Assembly (NCBI GenBank): GCA_964469255.1
Contig: CAYYKS010000001.1
Coordinates: 1 to 34,726, forward strand
Source of the DNA: an uncultured Candidatus Saccharibacteria bacterium
GTDB lineage: Bacteria; Patescibacteriota; Minisyncoccia; Phycocordibacterales; UBA9973
Direction of reading: 5' to 3'
Length of the DNA stretch: 34,726 nt
Position numbers and translations under genes: made by a program
Shown here: piece after piece, positions 28,199 to 34,726 of the stretch
How positions within the stretch are numbered: position 1 is the first letter of the stretch
How the letters are laid out: every line of letters starts with the position of its first letter
The notes under the pieces: generated by a model
What the model was told of the DNA's origin: nothing
Database searches by the model: none
Seen by the model: the letters and a program-made list of their open reading frames with translations, nothing else

Positions 28199-28389
28199 TG
28201 CGGTGTATCTTGGACAAAGTTCGAAATTACTTCGAGCTAAATCCAAACGATTAAATTACTAAAAATGGACTCGGCAGGGCGAAACAATATTTTTGGGGAT
28301 ATGGGTTCGCCCTGCCTCGGCTAAATGTTTTTGAAATTCGGCGAGATTCAGAACTCTGCCCGCAGGAGGGGTTTGGGGAGGAATGCGGG
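28199..28389 (+). repeat. Left copy of a perfect 191-bp inverted repeat
   Basis: Checked base by base in 10-nt blocks: the reverse complement of 28199-28389 equals 33311-33501 with no mismatch. Confidence 0.95.
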
Positions 28390-28470
28390 AAAACCAAAAT
28401 TCAAAATGCTCGGTGCCTACGGTCATCATAACATATTGTGTTCACGCAAAAGGGGTGCACCCTCGGCATC

Positions 28471-28783
28471 CGCCTCGGGCATTTCCGCTAGGGCTACGAG
28501 TGCCTAGATGCCTATGAGCGAGCAAACAAAAAGACAAACGGCTCAAATACCAGGAAATGAGCCGTTTGGAAATTGCTCGCCCTTCTTGGGGAGAGGAAGT
28601 TTCCTCTCCCCGGGTCGGGACTACACTCTCGGATTACCGAGAGTGTTCCGCCCTCGCCATCCCCACTCTACGTTTTTCAATATTATGTTTGGTGTGTAGC
28701 TTTCGCTTTCGATTTCTGGATTGCAATTCGGGTCAGGCACTCGTCCTTTAGCCGTGGACACCCTAGCGGAAATGCCCGAGGCG
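28471..28783. other. Non-coding, hairpin-dense element closed by a 23-bp (+9-bp) inverted repeat; a structured RNA or a MITE-like relic
   Basis: cgcctcgggcatttccgctaggg (28471-28493) is the exact reverse complement of 28761-28783, and acgagtgcc (28496-28504) pairs with ggcactcgt (28737-28745). Inside lie perfect hairpins at 28536-28567 (10 bp), 28588-28611 (10 bp) and 28624-28645 (9 bp). No credible ORF. Confidence 0.5.
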
Positions 28784-28882
28784 CAAATACATCGTGCTTG
28801 CCCCAGAGTTTTTGTGATTACACAAAAACTCTACCCCACCCGTGCGTGCACGCGAAAATCACTCCCTGAAAATTTTAAATAT

Positions 28883-29482
28883 TTAAATTCGAGAATACGA
28901 AACTCCTTTCCCAGTTTTTCCGCTTTGTTTTATTTTTCCTTCTTTCTCAAGTTGTGAGAGATACCGAGTTGCTGTGGCATCAGACACGTGCAAATACTTT
29001 TCTACTTCGTCGTTTGTGATTTTGGAATGCTGAAGAAACAAACTCATAACTCGATCGAGTTTCTTGCGTTTCCTAAATTGAATTGCGTTTCGAGCTGTGA
29101 TTAGAAGTTCGCGGGCGAGAGATTTTTTAGATACTTCACGAACAGGCTTCGCCTGTTCGCTTTGAGAAATTTCCTGTTCCTCTAACGGCTCATTTACTGG
29201 TATTTGAGCCGTTTCGGGTTTAGAAGTCCGATTCTCCTCAATTTCAGGGCTAGTTTCTGGTTCTGGCTTTATGGCTTCAGGCTCGTTTTGGGGTGAATTA
29301 TCATTATTGACCGGAATGGCACTATCTGCGTTCCCAGGGCTTTCTAGGGCCTCTGGAGGCAGGTCGGGACTAGTGGAAACAGGGGTAATTTCAGGTGCTT
29401 GCTCGGTAGGCTCTTGGGGGCTTGGTGGAATAGAGTTTTCTGTGGAAGTTGGGTTTTGGGCTATATTTTCCTCGTCGGGCAT
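28883..29482 (-). CDS. Winged-helix DNA-binding protein with a Pro/Glu-rich disordered N-terminus
   Basis: I prefer the ATG at 29482, 7 nt after the ATPase stop. The C-terminal ITNDEVEKYLHVSDATATRYLSQLEKEGKIKQSGKTGKGVSY is a wHTH pattern. Confidence 0.7.
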   Translation of the reverse strand: MPDEENIAQNPTSTENSIPPSPQEPTEQAPEITPVSTSPDLPPEALESPGNADSAIPVNNDNSPQNEPEAIKPEPETSPEIEENRTSKPETAQIPVNEPLEEQEISQSEQAKPVREVSKKSLARELLITARNAIQFRKRKKLDRVMSLFLQHSKITNDEVEKYLHVSDATATRYLSQLEKEGKIKQSGKTGKGVSYSRI

Positions 29483-29489
29483 AAATATA

Positions 29490-31994
29490 TTATACACCTC
29501 TAAAGATTCTGTAATAGACGAGTTTAGAAAACTCTATTGTTGCAAAATAAACTATAACCATTAGTAAAATTATTCCCAAAGATTCGTAGGAAGGTTTAAC
29601 AAATTTTAAAAATCTTTCTCCCCAATAAGTGAATGGCAAAATAATTGCAAGACCCGCTGGAATAATGCAAAGAAGTGAAACAACTACTGACGGCTTAGTT
29701 CCTTGCCAAAATAATTTTTTAGTTCTAATGGAAAAAATAAGCAAGAGTTCAATAAGCGTTGAACCGATAAATAAATTTGTCTGCAATATCGCTGAACCAT
29801 TTTTCTTAAATAGAAGAAAAAATATAAAAACAAATACAGCATTGATAATACCAAACACAAGCGATGTCAAAACAATTTCGTTAACATTGTATGCTCTAGG
29901 TTTTTTTAATTCTAATTTATCAACTTTATCAAAAGATATGGCTATCATCGGTGTATCGGTTAGTAAATTAAGAAGCAACACTTGCACTGGCAACATCGGC
30001 AAAAATGGTGAAAAAATCATGGCGACAGCAACAGCATAAAAATTTCCAAAGTTAGATATAAGGGTGGTTTTTAGATACTTCACCATGTTAGCAAATATCT
30101 CACGCCCTCCTTTTATTCCGTCAATAATAACTGACAAGCTAGAATTTAACAGAACTATATCAGAAGCACTTCGGGCAATATCTGACGCAGTATTAACTGC
30201 TAAAGCTACACTCGCAAGTTTAAGTGCGGGAGCATCATTTATTCCATCTCCAAGAAACCCCACTTCGTATTTCTTTTCCAAAAGTTCAATAACCCGATAT
30301 TTTTGTTCAGGCGATACACGAGCAAAGACATGCACATTTTCAACTGCAATTATTTGATCGGCCTCCGATAATTTCTCAAATTCTTCTCCGTTCATAACTT
30401 CACTTTCGTTTTTGATAATGCCAGTTTTTCTAGCAACAGCAATAGCAACATTTTTACTATCGCCAGTTAGAATTTTTATTCTTACTCCCAACTCCTCGGC
30501 TTGCAGTATTGCGGGGATAGCAGATTCTTTGATCGGGTCGCTAAAAGAAATAGCCCCAATATAATCAAGATTTTTTTCTGCTGTTGCATCATACGCAGAA
30601 CCACCAGTCCAATTTTTCATAGCAAGTGCGATAACTCTTTCTCCTAACATTTCACGCTCGGCAATCCAAATCGAAATTTCTTTTTTTCTTTCTTCGGAAA
30701 TGTTTGAACACAAACTAACAATAATTTCGGGAGCACCACGAACAATCAACTTATTTTCATTTTTTAATTCCACAAGAACACTATTTCTTTTTCTTTCAGG
30801 GTCAAACGGTAGTTCATTGATTTTTTGTGATTGATTGAGTTCTTTGTCTGTGCCAAGTTTTGCAAGAAGTGCAATATCAAATGAACTACTACCTTGCTCT
30901 GACGAAGAACAGAGCGCGCCACTCAAAAGGCAAAAACTTTCATTTTCGGCATGAAAAGCACTGACCGACATTTTATTTTCTGTGATTGTTCCTGTCTTGT
31001 CTACACACAAAACTTCAATGCTCCCCAAGTCCTCAACAGCCGAGAGTCGTTTTACAACTACATGCTTTTTAGCGAGATTAAGCGATCCTTTGGAAAAAGA
31101 AAGTGCCGCAACTACTGGCAAGGTTTCAGGAATTACACTAACCGCAAGTGCAATCGAGAAAAGAATTACATCTGCAAAACTTGTCCTGTTGTCTGCTTTT
31201 TTTACTAAGAAATTTATAATTAAAACAAGCGCGAGGGTCGCAAGAATGATTTTTAAAATCCATTTACTTAATTTTGATATTCCTTTTTCAAATGTGCTTA
31301 CTCCCTCGCTTTCGGCAGTTAATTTTGTTATAGAACCTATTTCTGTATTTTTCCCCGTAGCTACAACAATTCCCGCGCCCTTACCCTGCATAATTGTTGT
31401 GCCAGAAAATCCCATATTTCTTGCATCATGTATTCCAGAAATATTTTTTTGATTCAAAACCAGAGAAGTTTTCAAAACTGACATTGATTCTCCAGTTAAG
31501 ATAGATTCATCAACGAGTAAATTGTCTGCTCGAATGAAACGAACATCAGCAGGCAAAATATTGCCTGGTTCAAGCACACAAATATCGCCCAATACTATCT
31601 CCTCACTTTTTATAACAACTTCAACTGCACCCCTTAAAACTCTGCAATGATTCACTAATATTTTCTTTAGTAATTCAACAGATTTTTGCGAATTGTATTC
31701 TTGAACAAATCCCAAAATCGCGCCTATCAAAACAAACGAGGCGATAAAAATACTATCTATTGTTTCTCCAAGATACAAAGCAAGAAGCGATGCAAAAATT
31801 AAAATATAAACAAATGGCGAAGCAAATTGTTGGAGTAATACCTGCCACCATTTTGTTTCTTTGACCAGAATTTTATTCTGTCCGTATTTTTTTAAATTTT
31901 CCTTTGTTTTTGTTTCAGTTAAGCCGTTGGCACTACTGCCAAATTCCAAATAGATGTCCGAAATATCTTTTTCAGCAAAAGATTGATAGGACAT
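29490..31994 (-). CDS. Cation-transporting P-type ATPase (P2/P3-like; Mg2+/Ca2+-type, ion not assignable)
   Basis: I prefer the ATG at 31994 (the listed start at 32009 is a TTG). Motifs: [34 protein letters not shown], about 10 TM helices. No HMA domain and no CPC motif. Confidence 0.9.
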   Translation of the reverse strand: MSYQSFAEKDISDIYLEFGSSANGLTETKTKENLKKYGQNKILVKETKWWQVLLQQFASPFVYILIFASLLALYLGETIDSIFIASFVLIGAILGFVQEYNSQKSVELLKKILVNHCRVLRGAVEVVIKSEEIVLGDICVLEPGNILPADVRFIRADNLLVDESILTGESMSVLKTSLVLNQKNISGIHDARNMGFSGTTIMQGKGAGIVVATGKNTEIGSITKLTAESEGVSTFEKGISKLSKWILKIILATLALVLIINFLVKKADNRTSFADVILFSIALAVSVIPETLPVVAALSFSKGSLNLAKKHVVVKRLSAVEDLGSIEVLCVDKTGTITENKMSVSAFHAENESFCLLSGALCSSSEQGSSSFDIALLAKLGTDKELNQSQKINELPFDPERKRNSVLVELKNENKLIVRGAPEIIVSLCSNISEERKKEISIWIAEREMLGERVIALAMKNWTGGSAYDATAEKNLDYIGAISFSDPIKESAIPAILQAEELGVRIKILTGDSKNVAIAVARKTGIIKNESEVMNGEEFEKLSEADQIIAVENVHVFARVSPEQKYRVIELLEKKYEVGFLGDGINDAPALKLASVALAVNTASDIARSASDIVLLNSSLSVIIDGIKGGREIFANMVKYLKTTLISNFGNFYAVAVAMIFSPFLPMLPVQVLLLNLLTDTPMIAISFDKVDKLELKKPRAYNVNEIVLTSLVFGIINAVFVFIFFLLFKKNGSAILQTNLFIGSTLIELLLIFSIRTKKLFWQGTKPSVVVSLLCIIPAGLAIILPFTYWGERFLKFVKPSYESLGIILLMVIVYFATIEFSKLVYYRIFRGV

Positions 31995-32001
31995 AAAAGT
32001 T

Positions 32002-32886
32002 TTAAGCAACCTTTTTTACTCCAGCCAGTTCTTTATCTCTTTTAGCTTCTAAATCTGATAAATCTTTTTGTGCCTTTGTGGAGCGTTCTTTTACATATAC
32101 TTCACCTTTTTCGGATTCGGCGGCTGCGTTTAACCAGAAATTTGTTTTTTCTAACATCTGATTAAATAAATCTCTCAATTTTAACACTTTTCCTCTATCG
32201 CTTATGTCTGATGTCATTTCAAGCATTCTTTTGTATTCTGGCTGATTAACTAATTTTCCAATAGTCATACCTATTTTGTATTTATCTTCCGATTTCAAAC
32301 TAGGGTCATAAGAAATCAAGACCACTTCTCCCGTATCGGGCGTTTTAGCATAGCTAAAATCAAGATCAAGATAAGGGGCTAATTGATTTTCTAATGTTGC
32401 GATATTTCCTTTAAAATTCCTCACTTCCTTCACGCCTTCAGGATTTTTTACAAAACCATGAGCTTGCCCATACATATCTTTTTGAGTTAAAAGGTTATTC
32501 CACTCATCGCGATATTTATCATAAATTCCCTTACTTTCTGCATCAAGCGCAACAGCTCCCGCTTCTGTTATGCTTTTTCCTTTAACTTCTGCAATTCTAC
32601 TTTCCGTGTCCGTTTTCACGGCATCAATTTGTGCATCAACTACTTCCGTTCTTTTTCCAATTTCGTCAGCAGAACCACCCATACCCTCAACTTGGGTAAT
32701 TTGAGCAGGTGGTGTTGTTTCAACAGCTTGAGCTTTCGCTAAAACAGCTTCAAGTTTTTTTCTCGCTAACTCAACAACATCCTCGTGGCCTCCCATAGCT
32801 TCCGCATCATCAATCAAACTTTCAATTTCTTCTTTACTTTCTGCTTTCCCTAAATCTCGCTTTAATAAATCTTTTTCTGAATCCAT
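32002..32886 (-). CDS. Hypothetical soluble protein, coiled-coil-rich
   Basis: 294 aa, no recognised domain. It is tightly packed in the operon, stopping 7 nt before the ATPase start. Confidence 0.65.
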   Translation of the reverse strand: MDSEKDLLKRDLGKAESKEEIESLIDDAEAMGGHEDVVELARKKLEAVLAKAQAVETTPPAQITQVEGMGGSADEIGKRTEVVDAQIDAVKTDTESRIAEVKGKSITEAGAVALDAESKGIYDKYRDEWNNLLTQKDMYGQAHGFVKNPEGVKEVRNFKGNIATLENQLAPYLDLDFSYAKTPDTGEVVLISYDPSLKSEDKYKIGMTIGKLVNQPEYKRMLEMTSDISDRGKVLKLRDLFNQMLEKTNFWLNAAAESEKGEVYVKERSTKAQKDLSDLEAKRDKELAGVKKVA

Positions 32887-32903
32887 AAAATTATCCTACT
32901 TAT

Positions 32904-33065
32904 TTATAATCCTAGTGATGCCCGAATCGCATCAACTTTTTGAGCTTCAAGCTCTTTTATATAACCGCGAATAATTTCTTTACGCTCACCGCCAAGCTTT
33001 TCAAGTTTTTGCATAGCTTCGCTATATATTTCTTCAATCTTTTTTGCTTGTTCTTCTGGTGTCAT
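32904..33065 (-). CDS. Small 53-aa helical protein (below the ORF-track cutoff)
   Basis: MTPEEQAKKIEEIYSEAMQKLEKLGGERKEIIRGYIKELEAQKVDAIRASLGL. It is found by translating the minus strand. It stops 17 nt before the 294-aa gene, and an AGGA lies in that gap. Confidence 0.45.
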   Translation of the reverse strand: MTPEEQAKKIEEIYSEAMQKLEKLGGERKEIIRGYIKELEAQKVDAIRASLGL

Positions 33066-33271
33066 AAAATAAAAAAACTGGCAATGAGCCAGCTAAGACG
33101 CAAAAAGCTCCTAGCCAGCGATAGCTCAAAGAGCTACCCATATCCCTTTCGGGATATGACACAACCAGTGTGAACTCTGACTAGGAGTTCTTTATACTGG
33201 TTGTGTTTTTCGACCATGCCCCTGTTGCCAAAGGTTTAGGTCTTCTTATTAAGTTGTATTTTTATATATTA
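33066..33271 (-). promoter_or_regulatory. Candidate promoter plus ~190-nt structured leader with a terminator-like hairpin
   Basis: All on the minus strand. Promoter: TGGATA, 17 nt, TGtTAATAT (-10 at 33266-33271). Then an 11-bp stem acacaaccagt/actggttgtgt enclosing gaactc/gagttc. Then catatccc-gaaa-gggatatg, then ggtagctc/gagctatc. Finally ctggc-tcatt-gccag followed by a T7 run, 8 nt before the ATG. Confidence 0.4.
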
Positions 33272-33310
33272 ACACTCTCTATATTTTTTATCCACAGCCC
33301 AAAACCCCCG

Positions 33311-33501
33311 CCCGCATTCCTCCCCAAACCCCTCCTGCGGGCAGAGTTCTGAATCTCGCCGAATTTCAAAAACATTTAGCCGAGGCAGGGCGAACCCATA
33401 TCCCCAAAAATATTGTTTCGCCCTGCCGAGTCCATTTTTAGTAATTTAATCGTTTGGATTTAGCTCGAAGTAATTTCGAACTTTGTCCAAGATACACCGC
33501 A
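33311..33501 (-). repeat. Right copy of the perfect 191-bp inverted repeat
   Basis: Exact reverse complement of 28199-28389. Confidence 0.95.
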
Positions 33502-33613
33502 CGAATTTGAAATCAATACCCCCGCGAAAAAATGCGCCCGCGCGAAGCGCGGGTGATGTGGGCGAATCTGAATTAAACCCAAACCCCGCCAGGATTTTCC
33601 ACGCTCCGCGTGG
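33502..33613 (-). repeat. GC-rich structured repeat family, copy C (inverted relative to A and B), contiguous with the right inverted repeat
   Basis: The reverse complement reads ggaaaatcctggcggggtttgggt...gattcgcc, which aligns with the copy A opening caccaaaatccaggcggtttttgggtgattgcc. Contains hairpins cccgcgc-gaa-gcgcggg and ccacgc-tcc-gcgtgg. Confidence 0.5.
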
Positions 33614-33782
33614 CTCTTCGTTGCCAATGCAAAAACAAATATGGTAATATTGACTGGTAACCAACCCAACAGCTTCGCTTTTTATTTTGCAATTTTTTAA
33701 TTGTGAATCTTAAAGGGCATCTCTGTCAGTTTAGCGAAAGCTGGATTGGTTACACAGAGTTGCCCTTTTGGGTTTTTATACC

Positions 33783-34726
33783 ATGAACCAAACCAAAAAG
33801 TTTTTCATATATACTCGCAAGTCCACGGATGACAAAGACCGTCAGGTTAGAAGTATTTCCGATCAACTTTCTGAATTGAAAGAATTGGCGATAAAAGAAA
33901 GTTTGGAAATAGTCGATGTCTTTGTCGAAAAGCAGACCGCCAAAATACCAGGTCGTTCCGTATTTAATGAAATGATGTTGAGAATGGAGGCGGGCGAAGC
34001 ATCTGGTATTTTGGCGTGGCACCCCGATCGACTTGCGAGAAATTCCGTTGACGGAGGGAAAATAATATATTTGGTTGATACTGGAGTTATCAAGGACTTG
34101 AAATTTTCAACTTTTTGGTTTGATCCGACACCGCAAGGAAAGTTCATGTTGAGTATCGCTTTTTCTCAATCCAAATATTATGTGGACAATCTAAGTGAAA
34201 ATATTAAGCGCGGACATAGAAACAAAGTGAAGGATGGAATATGGCCTCAAATGTCTCCGCTTGGGTATGTGAATGTAAAAGGTAAAGGCATTGTTCCCGA
34301 CATTCTAAACGCTTCACTTATTAAAAAGACATTTGAGGCATATGCAACTGGAAATTTCACTTTGAGACAAGTCCGCGAAAAGTTTAATGAGCTTGGATTG
34401 AAAAGAAAAAGCGGAAAAGAACTTGCGGTGTCAAACTATCAGCAAATCCTCAAAAATCCCATTTATACAGGACTAATGAAATATAATGGGGAGATTTTTG
34501 AGGGAAAGCACGAGCCGATTATTTCAAAGAAACTTTTTGACCAAGCGCAAGAAGTGATGAGCCGAAAATCCAAACCGCATAGTAAAGGACTGCACCCATA
34601 TATTTATCGAGGATTTTTCCGTTGCGGAGAATGTGGATGTTTCATTACTACCGAACAACAAAAAGGACATCACTACCTGCGTTGCACCAAACGAAAAAAT
34701 CCCTGCACTCAACCTTATATGCGTGA
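33783..34726 (+). CDS. Large serine recombinase, 3' end cut by window edge (not in the supplied ORF track)
   Basis: Manual translation from the ATG at 33783 stays open to the window end (314 codons). The sequence runs MNQTKKFFIYTRKSTDDKDRQVRSISDQ (catalytic Ser context), GILAWHPDRLARN and KFMLSIAFSQSKYYVDNLSENIKRG. A recombinase domain (IWPQMSPLGY...PIYTGL) and the start of a zinc ribbon (FRCGECGC...LRCTK) follow. Confidence 0.9.
   Translation, partial: MNQTKKFFIYTRKSTDDKDRQVRSISDQLSELKELAIKESLEIVDVFVEKQTAKIPGRSVFNEMMLRMEAGEASGILAWHPDRLARNSVDGGKIIYLVDTGVIKDLKFSTFWFDPTPQGKFMLSIAFSQSKYYVDNLSENIKRGHRNKVKDGIWPQMSPLGYVNVKGKGIVPDILNASLIKKTFEAYATGNFTLRQVREKFNELGLKRKSGKELAVSNYQQILKNPIYTGLMKYNGEIFEGKHEPIISKKLFDQAQEVMSRKSKPHSKGLHPYIYRGFFRCGECGCFITTEQQKGHHYLRCTKRKNPCTQPYMR

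Noticed and set aside
28024-28203. Possible CRISPR-like repeats: ctgcgttacaaactgcgg and ctgcgttttaaactgcgg, with a third related copy at 21343-21357.
   Set aside because: There are only two copies locally, they are about 19 nt long and 142 nt apart, and there are no cas genes or regular spacing. They are better explained as internal modules of the repeat family.
28471-28783. Whether the closed structured element is tmRNA, RNase P RNA, SRP RNA or 6S RNA.
   Set aside because: I could not find the hallmark motifs I can recall: a tRNA-like acceptor/T-arm end with a tag ORF, the RNase P GGAAAGUCCGG-type core, or the SRP GNAR tetraloop domain. This remains open pending an Infernal scan.
27992-28957. 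Six plus-strand ORFs in three frames (27992..28240, 28325..28507, 28508..28699, 28557..28751, 28573..28869, 28721..28957).
   Set aside because: They overlap each other, and their translations are low-complexity Arg/Ser/Pro/Gly strings. The DNA is dominated by perfect hairpins and repeats, so I treat the region as non-coding repeat or RNA sequence.
33066-33271. Mg2+ M-box or Mn2+ yybP-ykoY riboswitch upstream of the P-type ATPase operon.
   Set aside because: The recalled conserved cores of these classes are not evident. I therefore report it only as an unclassified structured leader.
33446-33669. Two minus-strand ORFs. One has a C-terminus (CGVSWTKFEITSS) identical to that of ORF 27992..28240.
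   Set aside because: The shared ending is simply the 191-bp inverted repeat being translated. Upstream parts are unrelated GC-rich repeat sequence, with no start context or protein-like composition.
33750-34147. Listed minus-strand ORFs 33750..34022 and 33863..34147.
   Set aside because: They are antisense to the much better supported serine recombinase reading frame, which is open on the plus strand from 33783 to the window end.

Overview
This is a low-GC window (about 35-40% by eye, not computed) with compact genes. Gene content and protein style suggest a reduced-genome Patescibacteria/CPR-like bacterium, which is an inference. No database searches were run; all calls rest on reading the sequence and on recalled family motifs.

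The core part (1-20.1 kb) holds an FMN-reductase fragment, uvrB-uvrA-uvrC, a SpoU/TrmH methyltransferase, fpg, a cell-wall amidase, ruvA, rpsT, a thioredoxin-fold protein and a cold-shock protein. It also holds an ~890-aa repeat-rich surface protein and one markedly high-GC foreign gene beside a tRNA-Arg. An orphan OmpR-type response regulator, a zwf-gnd-pgl operon and DoxX complete it.

The accessory part (20.1-34.7 kb) looks like a mosaic of cassettes:
- A 1.25-kb hydrolase cassette, bracketed by a duplicated copy of the 3' end of the neighbouring gene.
- A 6.5-kb copper-homeostasis island (csoR, two DUF305, copA, YHS, DUF3105, an HMA-fused membrane protein, a cupredoxin-like protein).
- A 4.9-kb four-gene operon (53-aa protein, 294-aa unknown, P-type ATPase, winged-helix protein), enclosed by a perfect 191-bp inverted repeat.
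- A large serine recombinase gene running off the right edge. It is absent from the supplied ORF track.

The cassettes are separated by three copies of a GC-rich, hairpin-dense repeat family (A at 21.28 kb, B at 27.97 kb, C at 33.5 kb, inverted). Each copy starts with an A-tract palindrome that resembles a recombinase crossover site.

The most interesting hypothesis is a recombinase-served cassette array or invertible module built on this repeat family.
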